A stretch of DNA of 36,164 nt from a virus (Duplodnaviria; Caudoviricetes): positions 1 through 36,164 of IMG/VR virus record IMGVR_UViG_3300005662_000106; one strand, written 5' to 3'. The position numbers and the translations under genes are program-made. This document shows positions 17,194-26,905 of this stretch, in pieces. The notes under the pieces were generated by a model that worked only from the letters and a program-made list of their open reading frames with translations, made no database searches and was not told the DNA's origin. The number at the start of each line of letters is the position of its first letter. Position 1 is the stretch's first letter.

Positions 17194-19764
17194 TTATTCA
17201 CCAAATAAATCATCTAATTCAAATAATACTTGTTCACTTGGTTTTCTTGGTGTCCAATTAACACATTGATAAAATCTTTCGACGGCAGCATATACAATCT
17301 TTTCAAATAACAATTCCCTATCTGGTAAGAACACTGATCTAAATTCTTCTGGAAATACATACTTAAATCCAATACTTTCAATTCCATACTTATTAGGAGT
17401 CTGGACATAAAAATACTTAATTTTATCACCTGAAGCAATTCTTTCATATTTTCCCGTTAGATTCATTTTATCTAATAAGAGATTATGAAAATAAGCAGCC
17501 TTAACATGATTAGGCATACCTTTACTTACTTTGAAGTCATGACACATATTTGCATATTTTTCGTAACCTCTAATACCACTTGTTCTGGATACATCTTCAA
17601 TAGGTAACGCTTGAAACACATCATAAGCTTCTTTTAAAACTTCATTTGTCTTAGCACATGATTTTGTGGTTAACATTGTTTCGATAATCTTCTTTACATA
17701 TGGTTTAACATTTCGCGGCATCGTTGTTCTAACAACATCTACTCCAGTATACTTCCATTTATCACACTGAATGCCCTCATCATCCAATACATGCAAAACA
17801 TATCGTTTCTTTTCTAAGAAAAGACCAACATCAGCCATAGCTTCTCTCTTAAATGCTAATCTGCAATCATTTGAATTAAGTGTATTCTTTGCCCAAATTT
17901 GAATTTCTTGGTTTAAGTACTTCTCTAATTCTTCAGCGTGAAAATAACCTTCTTTTGTAATCTTTCCATTCTTACTAAATTCAATAGGCAATAACTTAAG
18001 AGATAAATAACAAGAATCTGTATCACCATATATTGCAACGGTTTCTAAAGTCTTTTCATCCATAATATTGCTATGCTTTGAAATGTATTTTTTTGCAATT
18101 TCGCGAGCCTGCTTAATTACTGCTTGTCCAGTCAATGTGATTGATGATGCAATATCATCGTCACCAATAGGTGCATGTTTATTACCGAAATAACCGTAAC
18201 AACTATTAATGAAGATCTTTATGCTTTGTTGTTTTGCATTTAATTGTGTTATCTTTGTTTCTAGGAATGATTTGCGATCATTTGTTATATCTTCTTTATT
18301 AGCATATTCCTTTTTATATTTTTTGAGCTCTGTTTGAATTGTTTTTCTTTTTTGATAATAAAAATCAACCATCTCTGGTACAATGCCTTTATTTTTTTGT
18401 GAAAACAATACTTTAGCTTTGCTAATAGATATATCTTCTTTTTTAACAAATTGCGCGAATTTTGGTTTAGATAATTTGAATACCTGGCCATTCACATGCT
18501 GTATGGTTACTTCATCATCTGTTGCCTCTAGCACTTTGCCTACTTTTGTTTCTGGGGACATGTTTAATGAAATCATTAAATTTGGATATAGTGAATTAGC
18601 GTCAAATGATACAATATCTTCTTGAAAACCATTCAGTGGTTCTGCTACATAGGCACCAGGATTTCTACTTCCATCATCTTCTTTTCTAATAAACGTGGAG
18701 ATACGTTGACCTTTCTTTCGAGCACGAATAGCAGCTGCACCTGTAATAATACCAAGTGTGCCCAATGCTCCTTCAAATGTTGTACACCCAATATATGAAA
18801 TCATTCGAATAAGTGACAAAAATTGTAATTTCTCTTCTAGCTTTACTAAAATATTAACGTCCTGAATGTTATAATCTATAAATGTATCCCAATCATCAAC
18901 CATTACATCATACAGATCCTTTTCAATAGCTACTTTCTTTTCGCCCAGCTCTAGCTCACCAATGCTATCTAATTTATAGCTTTCTCTGTTTGCGAATGAA
19001 AATCGCTTATATACATCTAAGTAATCAACACACGAAATACCATCAATATGATAGCTGGCTTGTGTCTTACCGAATGTACCAATAAATGTTCTTACGTAGG
19101 TTCTTTTGACTGGTGAAATTTCATTCATACCAGCTTCACCGAATATATTCTTTAATCGATTAATGATATAAGGAATATCAAATCCCGCGCTATTCCATCC
19201 CGAGAGAACATCTGGTGGATCTTTTTTGAAAAATTCAATAACACCCGCCAAAAGATCTTCTTCTGATTTGCAATAATAATATATTACATCATTTCGCTTA
19301 GCTTTATAAGGTTTCAATCCCCATGCATAAAATTTCTTTGTGAATGTATCATAGATAGTCAATACATTAATCGGAACGTCTGCTAATGTTGGATCTGGAA
19401 ATCTATCTTTACATACTGCCTCAATATCAATGAAATAAGTCTTTAGAGGAAACTTTGAAAAATCATCTGTTTCATTATATTGCCAAAAGATATCCAGCAA
19501 GGCTTGCTGCACTGCACCAAAATGTTCATACACCCTCCTGACTCCTGATTCAGTAATATATTTTTGTCGTTCATAAGCATTATTAAACGACTTCTTAGCT
19601 AATGGAGTATTGTAAATCGATACTTCATTTCCTCTTTTATCCTCAAAATAATAATAGGGATAATATTTCGTTGTATATGAAATACGATCTCCATCGTCAG
19701 ACCATGTATAAATTTCTACTGTTTGGTCTTTCGGATTATAACAAGCATTGCGATACCCAATCAT
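17194..19764 (-). CDS. 43: Family B DNA polymerase, T4 gp43-like
   Basis: Exo motifs DIE, GWNSAGFDIPY, YNIQDV; Pol motifs SFDANSLYP, KIFINSCYG, YGDTDS, KKRY; C-terminal clamp-binding-like LDDLFG. Confidence 0.97.
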   Translation of the reverse strand: MIGYRNACYNPKDQTVEIYTWSDDGDRISYTTKYYPYYYFEDKRGNEVSIYNTPLAKKSFNNAYERQKYITESGVRRVYEHFGAVQQALLDIFWQYNETDDFSKFPLKTYFIDIEAVCKDRFPDPTLADVPINVLTIYDTFTKKFYAWGLKPYKAKRNDVIYYYCKSEEDLLAGVIEFFKKDPPDVLSGWNSAGFDIPYIINRLKNIFGEAGMNEISPVKRTYVRTFIGTFGKTQASYHIDGISCVDYLDVYKRFSFANRESYKLDSIGELELGEKKVAIEKDLYDVMVDDWDTFIDYNIQDVNILVKLEEKLQFLSLIRMISYIGCTTFEGALGTLGIITGAAAIRARKKGQRISTFIRKEDDGSRNPGAYVAEPLNGFQEDIVSFDANSLYPNLMISLNMSPETKVGKVLEATDDEVTIQHVNGQVFKLSKPKFAQFVKKEDISISKAKVLFSQKNKGIVPEMVDFYYQKRKTIQTELKKYKKEYANKEDITNDRKSFLETKITQLNAKQQSIKIFINSCYGYFGNKHAPIGDDDIASSITLTGQAVIKQAREIAKKYISKHSNIMDEKTLETVAIYGDTDSCYLSLKLLPIEFSKNGKITKEGYFHAEELEKYLNQEIQIWAKNTLNSNDCRLAFKREAMADVGLFLEKKRYVLHVLDDEGIQCDKWKYTGVDVVRTTMPRNVKPYVKKIIETMLTTKSCAKTNEVLKEAYDVFQALPIEDVSRTSGIRGYEKYANMCHDFKVSKGMPNHVKAAYFHNLLLDKMNLTGKYERIASGDKIKYFYVQTPNKYGIESIGFKYVFPEEFRSVFLPDRELLFEKIVYAAVERFYQCVNWTPRKPSEQVLFELDDLFGE

Positions 19765-19799
19765 AAAGAAATGATAATAGGTATCGCAACTATAATCAA
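19748..19799 (-). promoter_or_regulatory. Polymerase promoter embedded in a long hairpin that sequesters the AUG
   Basis: TTGATT-17-TATCAT-6-ATG; outer arms ttgcgatacc (19748-19757) and ggtatcgcaa (19780-19789), inner arms atcat/atgat. Confidence 0.8.
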
Positions 19800-20995
19800 G
19801 GATTATATCGTCTCAAATTGACGCGGTTTTGATCGCGATAACCATACTTATACAGTTCCATGTAACAGTCTAGATTGCGATCGTGTTCTAAGAATCTATT
19901 CTCAGCTACTTTATAACGTTGAATTGCTTGGTTTTTATAATGACCTGCTTTTGCTAATTCTGTTGCAATACAATTCAGCATTTCGTCGCCAGTCTTGAAT
20001 TTGATTTCAGCATCCTTATATGTTTCAATATCTTGACATGCAACGGGAATTCCATAACAACATGCTTCGATATATTTCAAATCAGATTTTGCTTTATTGA
20101 AACTATTATCTTGTAATGGAGCTACAGACATTTGAATTTCTAAATCGGAAATCTTTTTCGGATAATCATATAGTTTTTGCCATGGATGGAATTCAATATC
20201 TCCATTTTGGATATATGGCCTTAATGCCAATGGGAATGCGCCAATAAACACCCATTGATATTTCTTTCGCGAATCAATAACAGCCTTCAATACGTGCTCG
20301 AAGTCATCCTTCTGGCCTACACGATTTTCGACATCAAAGTGGGCACCAGATCCAGCATACAAAATACGAGGCTTTTTCTTATGTTTGTCATAATTACGAG
20401 ATACTTTAGCTTCGCTGAAATAGTTACCCATCCAGAACCTAGGAACATAATTTGGTATTACGGTGATTTCGTTTTTACCTGTACGTTCACGATACAGGTC
20501 TCTCATATAATCACACGTAACGGTCATTTCGTCACACAAATTAATAATCTCAATAGCACTTTGTCTAATTTCGTCAGCCACGAATGCTGTTTTGAATTTA
20601 TTGTAGTCAGGAATATCTTCCCGGAAGATTACATCATCTACTTCATAGATTAATTTAAATCCAATATCTTTTTGAATTCCTTTTAAAAATTTTATGAATT
20701 GTAATTGATGTGGTGTAGCTTGTCTTTGTACACGAATTGCCTTTACATTTTGGTACCATCTAGGATCAGTAATCATTACAGTAGATTCTGTAATCATTGC
20801 TTTGTTATGGAAGTTAATTAAGTGTGCCGGCCATGACATACGCCATAGACCGCATCCAGAATGATCTGCATTATAATGCACAACCCTCATAAGATCCTCT
20901 GGGCTGTGTTCTGATTTTTGAGGTGCTGCTTGAGAAGCAGGTGTGCCCTGAGGCTGTAACCCCATAGGCATGGTATTAAATTTCGGTGTGAACAT
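19796..20995 (-). CDS. GT-B fold glycosyltransferase
   Basis: ADHSGCGLWRMSWP, VQRQ, IYEVDDVIF, ITVIPNY, ILYAGSGAH, VAPLQDNSFNKAKSDLKYIEA. Confidence 0.8.
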   Translation of the reverse strand: MFTPKFNTMPMGLQPQGTPASQAAPQKSEHSPEDLMRVVHYNADHSGCGLWRMSWPAHLINFHNKAMITESTVMITDPRWYQNVKAIRVQRQATPHQLQFIKFLKGIQKDIGFKLIYEVDDVIFREDIPDYNKFKTAFVADEIRQSAIEIINLCDEMTVTCDYMRDLYRERTGKNEITVIPNYVPRFWMGNYFSEAKVSRNYDKHKKKPRILYAGSGAHFDVENRVGQKDDFEHVLKAVIDSRKKYQWVFIGAFPLALRPYIQNGDIEFHPWQKLYDYPKKISDLEIQMSVAPLQDNSFNKAKSDLKYIEACCYGIPVACQDIETYKDAEIKFKTGDEMLNCIATELAKAGHYKNQAIQRYKVAENRFLEHDRNLDCYMELYKYGYRDQNRVNLRRYNP

Positions 20996-21003
20996 CCTGA
21001 AGA

Positions 21004-22818
21004 TTAATTATCCAAAAAAGGATTATAATCAATCTTTGATGTTACACCATTTTTCTTTTCGAGGAAAATTACATCTCCTGTAGCATGCTGAATACTTTCT
21101 TTTCGGTGTGAAATAACCATTACACATTCATTATGTGTATGAACTCGGTCTTTTAAAATATTGGTTACTAATTCAACACCCTTTTCATCCAATGAAGAAT
21201 CAAATAATTCATCATAAATGGAAATGTTATATACTACATCACCTTGTAGTCTGCGCATATCCATAAAAGTAAACAAACAAGCAAAGTCCATATTCTTTCT
21301 TTCTGCGCCCGAGAAATTGAAATAAGAACATATTTTATTTTTTTCATTAATAATTTCTTCTTCAAAATATTCATTAAAGAAGCAAGAACAATTTGCATCC
21401 ATCTTACGTAGATATGTCATCAAAATTGAATTGAATAATGATAAAATCTTATTGACAATGTATGATTTAACACCTTCTTCCGAGACAATATATTTTACAG
21501 TTTCAAGAAGGTTTAGATGTGTTTTGTGCTTATTAACAATTTCTCTAGCAGCTTCAACTCTAGAAATAATATCTACTAAAATATCATCTACATCTGTTGT
21601 ATTAGATTTTAAAGATTCAATATCATCATCTAATTGAATAAGCCAATCATCTAATTGTTTGATACGATCATTGATATTAATTTTTTTCTGTTCAATCAAT
21701 TTAATTTCATTGATCTTTAAATTGAGCTTATCAATTGCGGTTTTGATAGTTGGTTTTTTCTTTTTAAGGGTAAGTAATGCATCAGTACAACTATCCATCT
21801 TTGCATCCAAAACATGAATTTCAGATTGTATATTGGTTTTTTCTTTTTCTAACTCTTCCTTATCATGTTCAGTAACTGGTTTAAGACATACCGGGCATGT
21901 ATTTTTATTAGTACCAATATTTTTAACCTTTTGTTCTAATTGATCAATAGTTGTAGCAATTTTTGATTTAGCTTCCGTAAATTTTTCAATTTTTTGATCA
22001 CATTGAATAAGACCCTCTTCTAATTTTTTGATCTGCTCATTGATAGAATTTTCATCAATATCAATATGTTCTTCTAATTGTTCAATTAGCTTGATCTTCT
22101 CAGCTGAATTATTTTCTTTACGCACCATGTATGTTGATATCTTTTGTTTTCTAGTATCAAGAATGGTTTGTTTTTGATTTTCTAAATTCTCTTTTGTTTT
22201 TTGTGCTTCTTCAAATTTAGTTAATTCAATTTCATAAATGCGTTTATGATCACTAAATTCTTCTCTCAATAAAGATAGCATCTGTGAAAATACCTCTAAA
22301 TTAAAAATGCCTTCAATGAATTTTCTCTTTTCTACCTTTGATTTAGCCATGAACGGAACTGTATTATTCAATGTCATAATAACACAATTCTCAAAGATAG
22401 AAGGTGAAGCATTTAATATATTAAAAATATCATCTTCTGTATTTTTAATAGAATCACGTGTTATATCTTTACCATCACAAAAGAAAGATAATTTAGAAGG
22501 ATTTAAGGTCCTAATAATTTTGTAAGAATGTGAATTATTATTCACAATAACATCAAATGATAATTTGACTTCACATGTGCCATTAGTATATGTATTGGGG
22601 ATAAGATCCTTTTTGAGATCGCGGAGGGTGCTGCCGAAGATTGCAAAATAAATAGATTCAATCACTGAAGTTTTACCAATCCCATTGCGTCTATCAATCT
22701 TATCACGGTTAATGCCTGTAATAATATGAAGACCCGGTTTAAATTCTAATTTAACTGGTGTATTACCAATCGAAAGAAAATTTTTAATCTCTACTTCTTT
22801 GAAGTTTACTTTTTTCAT
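21004..22818 (-). CDS. 46: Rad50/SbcC-like recombination ATPase, T4 gp46
   Basis: KNFLSIG, RNGIGKT, Zn hook CPVC, FSGAE, IYDELFDSSLD, ISHR. Confidence 0.95.
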   Translation of the reverse strand: MKKVNFKEVEIKNFLSIGNTPVKLEFKPGLHIITGINRDKIDRRNGIGKTSVIESIYFAIFGSTLRDLKKDLIPNTYTNGTCEVKLSFDVIVNNNSHSYKIIRTLNPSKLSFFCDGKDITRDSIKNTEDDIFNILNASPSIFENCVIMTLNNTVPFMAKSKVEKRKFIEGIFNLEVFSQMLSLLREEFSDHKRIYEIELTKFEEAQKTKENLENQKQTILDTRKQKISTYMVRKENNSAEKIKLIEQLEEHIDIDENSINEQIKKLEEGLIQCDQKIEKFTEAKSKIATTIDQLEQKVKNIGTNKNTCPVCLKPVTEHDKEELEKEKTNIQSEIHVLDAKMDSCTDALLTLKKKKPTIKTAIDKLNLKINEIKLIEQKKININDRIKQLDDWLIQLDDDIESLKSNTTDVDDILVDIISRVEAAREIVNKHKTHLNLLETVKYIVSEEGVKSYIVNKILSLFNSILMTYLRKMDANCSCFFNEYFEEEIINEKNKICSYFNFSGAERKNMDFACLFTFMDMRRLQGDVVYNISIYDELFDSSLDEKGVELVTNILKDRVHTHNECVMVISHRKESIQHATGDVIFLEKKNGVTSKIDYNPFLDN

Positions 22819-23876
22819 TTTTGAATCTTTTTGTACAAATCTAACGTATAATTAATAATTTCACTCTTATTGTTAATATCCATCAAATCAATAAATTCAA
22901 TTATAGCTTGTTGAACATCAATTCCCGATAAATCCTTCTTATCTTCAGAAATATCATAAGGCGAATACGATGAATCATATTCTACAGTAAATTGTAAAGG
23001 ATTCAATTGTTTTAATTTTGTTAAAAGAATATCAGTGTCGTCAGCAGTAATTCTTTTATCAATTTTTAATTTAATTAAATTGTCTTTAAAGGTTTCGCGA
23101 ACTTCATCAGTAATAGTTTGTTTTTTAACCAATTCTGAAAGAAGTATGTTGTAATGTGATGGTGATACAGTGTTCTCTGTAAATTGATATGTTTTATCAC
23201 AAATATCTAAAACATAGAATCCCTTTACAGTATCAGCATCATTAAAATCCATTTGAAATGGATTACCTACATAAAGGATTGTGCCTTTATTGAATTTCTT
23301 TTCATCACGAAGGTGAAAGTGTCCAGTAATAATAAGATCACTTTTTTCTAAGACATCAGATGCATTATCTCCGTGATCACAAATATAATAATTATTTGTT
23401 TTGAAATTATTAATCTCAAAGTGGCCAAATGTAATATGAGCATTTTGAAAATCTTTTAACTTTGTACCCCATGGAATGAAATTAAATTTATAACCATGTG
23501 ATTCAACAGTTCGTGGCACATCAATTAATGTCACATTTTTCCATCCACGAAATGGTGAGAGTGAATTAATTTCTGAAGAATCCTTTAGATAACAGTCATG
23601 ATTACCTGTAATCAGGGTAACATTAAAGTCTTTAAACTGTTCTAAAACCCAAGAACCAAAATGCAATGAATCTACAGAGACTTCATCTCTTGTATGAAAG
23701 AAGTCCCCACAGAATACAACGTCTTCAATTTGTTCTTTCTTAAGATTGCTGATATACCATTCAACCCAATCCTTTGCAATATTATGCCAAAATCTTGAAT
23801 TCTGGTGTACTCCGATATGAAGATCGGAAAAAATAGCAATCTTTTGTTTTTTGAAAAAATTATTCACTATCGTCAT
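22815..23876 (-). CDS. 47: Mre11/SbcD-like nuclease, T4 gp47
   Basis: SDLHIG, CGDFFH, TGNHD, GHFE, TGHFH, YVGNPFQ. Start uncertain (23876 ATG or 23867 GTG). Confidence 0.93.
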   Translation of the reverse strand: MTIVNNFFKKQKIAIFSDLHIGVHQNSRFWHNIAKDWVEWYISNLKKEQIEDVVFCGDFFHTRDEVSVDSLHFGSWVLEQFKDFNVTLITGNHDCYLKDSSEINSLSPFRGWKNVTLIDVPRTVESHGYKFNFIPWGTKLKDFQNAHITFGHFEINNFKTNNYYICDHGDNASDVLEKSDLIITGHFHLRDEKKFNKGTILYVGNPFQMDFNDADTVKGFYVLDICDKTYQFTENTVSPSHYNILLSELVKKQTITDEVRETFKDNLIKLKIDKRITADDTDILLTKLKQLNPLQFTVEYDSSYSPYDISEDKKDLSGIDVQQAIIEFIDLMDINNKSEIINYTLDLYKKIQK

Positions 23877-24360
23877 TATAGCCGCAATCGCCTTCACTTT
23901 CAATCATCGGCTTAATATAAACGTTAATTTCTCCACTAGTAAGTAATTCTTCATATTTTTGATCACGATATGCAGTAATGGCATCATGATGTTTCTTTTC
24001 CTTTTTAATACGATTGATGAATGCATGAAAAGCAATTGTTGTGAAATATGAAAAAGGAGATGTTTCTGAATTCACATCGTACTTTTTTCTTTTGAGAGCC
24101 GAAAACATTTTTACGATTGCGTCGCCAATCATTTCTTCTTTATACGAATAATTGATAAAGGATGGTGAAAATGAAAGACCTTGTGCAATCTTATTCAAGG
24201 CTTCACAAAGGAAAACAGAACAATCATCTGTTTTATAAAATTCTGTGATTGCATTTTTAAGTTCATCAGAATTTACATAATGTTTATCTTTGCCTACTTT
24301 AGGCACAGCTTTTACTTTAGCTTTTGTTTCTTTTTTATTTTGAGACGTTAATGTTGCCAT
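23860..24360 (-). CDS. 55: Late-transcription sigma factor, T4 gp55-like
   Basis: HYVN, KIAQGLSFSPSFINYSYKEEMIGDA, SPFSYFTTIAFHAFINRIKKEKK. Confidence 0.92.
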   Translation of the reverse strand: MATLTSQNKKETKAKVKAVPKVGKDKHYVNSDELKNAITEFYKTDDCSVFLCEALNKIAQGLSFSPSFINYSYKEEMIGDAIVKMFSALKRKKYDVNSETSPFSYFTTIAFHAFINRIKKEKKHHDAITAYRDQKYEELLTSGEINVYIKPMIESEGDCGYNDDSE

Positions 24361-24386
24361 AACCTATTTTGACAATAATAGGTTAT
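24359..24386. promoter_or_regulatory. 10-bp inverted repeat covering the gp55 start codon
   Basis: ataacctatt (24359-24368), 8-nt loop, aataggttat (24377-24386). Confidence 0.7.
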
Positions 24387-24402
24387 TCCGACCAATAATC
24401 TA

Positions 24403-25830
24403 CTACTTTTCCGTCAATTTGTGAATAGAAAATGGAATATTTTCACCTTTATATATAGATTGCCTCTTAAGAGAATGCTGTTCGCCATATTTTAATTGAT
24501 CAGCCAAATCGATAATAATTAATTTTTCTTTATTATCATGCTTACGTAAGCCGCGACCAATACTTTGAACAATCCGGATAAAGCTTTTACCCCCGGCGGC
24601 AAATATAATTAAATGAATATTTTTAATATTAACGCCGGTAGAAAATATAGATGATATTGCAACACATACAACATTATCTTCTGTTTCCATAATGTGCTTG
24701 ATTTTATCACGGTCTTCTACTTCAACTTCACCCCGAATAAAATAAACCTTTTTGTTTGGTAATGCAGAAAGTGTAGCTTCAAGAATTTCTCCATGATCAA
24801 TATGATTAACCATGATCAAAATATTATTTTTAAAATTACCACTTATTGTTTTTATAGTATTATTGCGATAAACATTTGATTTAATGAATTCGTTTTCTAC
24901 GGCATATTCTTCTGTTGCAAATTGTTTATCTAAAACCTTTTCTGGTTTTGTTTTATAATTTAATTCAAATACTTTTACTTCTACATTAGTAAGATAGTTT
25001 TCTAACCGCAATTCATGTGAATTTTTTGTAATTAAAACAGGTCCTATTTTACCTATAATATTCCATGAATCAATTTTTGATTCCGGTAATGTACCTGTAA
25101 AACCAAATTTACAATTTGTTTCTATCTTCTGTAATATTTTTGTTAACTTTGTATCCTTACCTGCTTTATGAACTTCATCCACAACAACCATGTCTACATA
25201 TTGGATCCAATCACTATCTTCAAAACGACTTTGTATGATACCTGTGTTCGCAATAATAATATCTGCATTAGGATCCAATTCGATTGATCCTGTCCACTTC
25301 GTCATAGAAAATGAAACGCCATATTCTTTAAAGTCTGAATAGGTTTGATTGACTAATCCTAAATCCGGTACAACTATTAAGCATTTAAATCCCGGATGCC
25401 AACATGATTGTACTAATGTGGCCATGGTCAATGTTTTACCGGCTCCTGTACCCAAAACAGCCACACCCCTACCTTGTGATAAACATAATTTTACTGTTTC
25501 TTCTTGATAATCTCTTAAAGGATATTTTTCGTAAAAATTATTTTTAAATTGATATACAATATTAGGAGATAAAGCGTCTGTTGCAGCTTTTGTTAAATGC
25601 ATTTCAGAGGTTATGCCACTTTTAAATAAAAATTTTTTAATCTCTGTAATTAGACCAATATCAAATAATCCTGTGGGTGTTATTGAATATAATCGTTTAG
25701 GCATGAAACGATTATATCTCATAAATTTAGCTGCTGGATTTTCTACTGAAAAATGTTCTCGAATTCGATCAAAATGATCACCAGTTAAAATACCTTTTTT
25801 CTTTTTTACATGATAATCTACTTCTATCAT
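24403..25830 (-). CDS. uvsW: SF2 DNA helicase
   Basis: LRDYQ, GTGAGKT, DEVH, FGFTGT, FSTGVNIKN, VQSIGRGLR. Confidence 0.95.
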   Translation of the reverse strand: MIEVDYHVKKKKGILTGDHFDRIREHFSVENPAAKFMRYNRFMPKRLYSITPTGLFDIGLITEIKKFLFKSGITSEMHLTKAATDALSPNIVYQFKNNFYEKYPLRDYQEETVKLCLSQGRGVAVLGTGAGKTLTMATLVQSCWHPGFKCLIVVPDLGLVNQTYSDFKEYGVSFSMTKWTGSIELDPNADIIIANTGIIQSRFEDSDWIQYVDMVVVDEVHKAGKDTKLTKILQKIETNCKFGFTGTLPESKIDSWNIIGKIGPVLITKNSHELRLENYLTNVEVKVFELNYKTKPEKVLDKQFATEEYAVENEFIKSNVYRNNTIKTISGNFKNNILIMVNHIDHGEILEATLSALPNKKVYFIRGEVEVEDRDKIKHIMETEDNVVCVAISSIFSTGVNIKNIHLIIFAAGGKSFIRIVQSIGRGLRKHDNKEKLIIIDLADQLKYGEQHSLKRQSIYKGENIPFSIHKLTEK

Positions 25831-26222
25831 TGTTGTTCTAATTTTAAAATTTCAATTACATTTTTAATGTCATAGGTCATTGAATTGAAATTCTTTTCTA
25901 CCTTTTCTAAGAGTTCTATTACATATTCCAATTCTTTAATTTTTTTATTCAATTCAATAACTTCGGTAAATTCATCTAAGCGTTTTTCAGCTGTTACCTT
26001 TGAAAGTTGTACTGGTGCATCAGTTATAACTTTATTCACCAATGCTTTCTTAAGATCTTCTTTTTGTTTTTGATACTTATTCAGTTCAACTTTGTGTTTA
26101 ATTAAACGACCAACCCAGAAGTGTTTTCGAACAGGCAATCTTAATTGCATATCTCGTAGGTTCATTTCATCCAATACTAGATCCGATTCAATTTCTTTTA
26201 TGTAACGGTCTAACAACTCCAT
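25827..26222 (-). CDS. uvsY: Recombination mediator
   Basis: 131-aa helical protein coupled to uvsW, ending SMTYDIKNVIEILKLE. Confidence 0.75.
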   Translation of the reverse strand: MELLDRYIKEIESDLVLDEMNLRDMQLRLPVRKHFWVGRLIKHKVELNKYQKQKEDLKKALVNKVITDAPVQLSKVTAEKRLDEFTEVIELNKKIKELEYVIELLEKVEKNFNSMTYDIKNVIEILKLEQQ

Positions 26223-26248
26223 CTATAAATGATAAATAATTTTTAAGA

Positions 26249-26458
26249 ATGTCAAGGACTTTTGAAGAGTTATATAACCAATTAATGGAAATGATGTCTG
26301 CAGATGTCCTAGGACCGGGTTCTGAGACAAACATGGGTGGTGCTGTGGGTAATAAAGATTTTTATAATCCCGGGTCTGCAGTACTAGCTAAACCATTAGG
26401 CAAACGTAAACGCGGTAAAATGAGATTCAATCGAAGAAATCTTAAGAGGACCTTATAA
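26249..26458 (+). CDS. Small late protein with acidic N-terminus and Arg/Lys-rich tail
   Basis: MSRTFEELYNQLME...KRKRGKMRFNRRNLKR; TAAATA 10 nt upstream; TAATG coupling to the next gene. Confidence 0.65.
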   Translation: MSRTFEELYNQLMEMMSADVLGPGSETNMGGAVGNKDFYNPGSAVLAKPLGKRKRGKMRFNRRNLKRTL

Positions 26459-26856
26459 TGGATATTGGACACTGGGAAAGCACTGTTCCGTTTGTTTCTG
26501 CGTATGGTTTCATTTACCTTATAACAAATATTGTTTCGAATAAAAAGTATGTAGGTAAGAAACAAATGCAAACTGTTAAAAAATTAAAACCGTTAAAAGG
26601 TAAAAAAAATAAAAGACATTTTGTAATAGAAACAGATTGGAAGGAATATATGTCTTCGTCCAATGATCTTTTAGACGATATAAAAAATTTGGGTAAAGAA
26701 AATTTTAAATTTGAAATATTAAGATTTTGTGATAGTAAAAGTGAATTAGCTTACTATGAAGCTAAGGAACAGTTCGATCGTGAAGTACTCATGAGTGATG
26801 AATATTACAATGGTATAATTAATCTAAGAATCGGCAAGCTTAAGAAAAAAGTTTAA
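26458..26856 (+). CDS. Single-domain GIY-YIG endonuclease, T4 endonuclease II-like
   Basis: YGFIYLITN...KYVGKKQ, ETDWKEYMSSS, FKFEILRFC, YYE, YYNGII; 132 aa with no separate DNA-binding domain. Confidence 0.8.
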   Translation: MDIGHWESTVPFVSAYGFIYLITNIVSNKKYVGKKQMQTVKKLKPLKGKKNKRHFVIETDWKEYMSSSNDLLDDIKNLGKENFKFEILRFCDSKSELAYYEAKEQFDREVLMSDEYYNGIINLRIGKLKKKV

Positions 26857-26905
26857 ATTTGGGGGTTGATAATTAGACTACTGATCTAACTATAATAGAT
26901 ATTAG

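Noticed and set aside
17194-19764. Intein or intron in the polymerase (also checked helicase, UvsX, UvsW)
   Set aside because: Lengths are normal, motifs are contiguous, and no intein splice-junction pattern was seen.
26458-26856. Mobile homing endonuclease or intron
   Set aside because: Catalytic domain only, no interrupted host gene, and motifs closer to EndoII-type nucleases.
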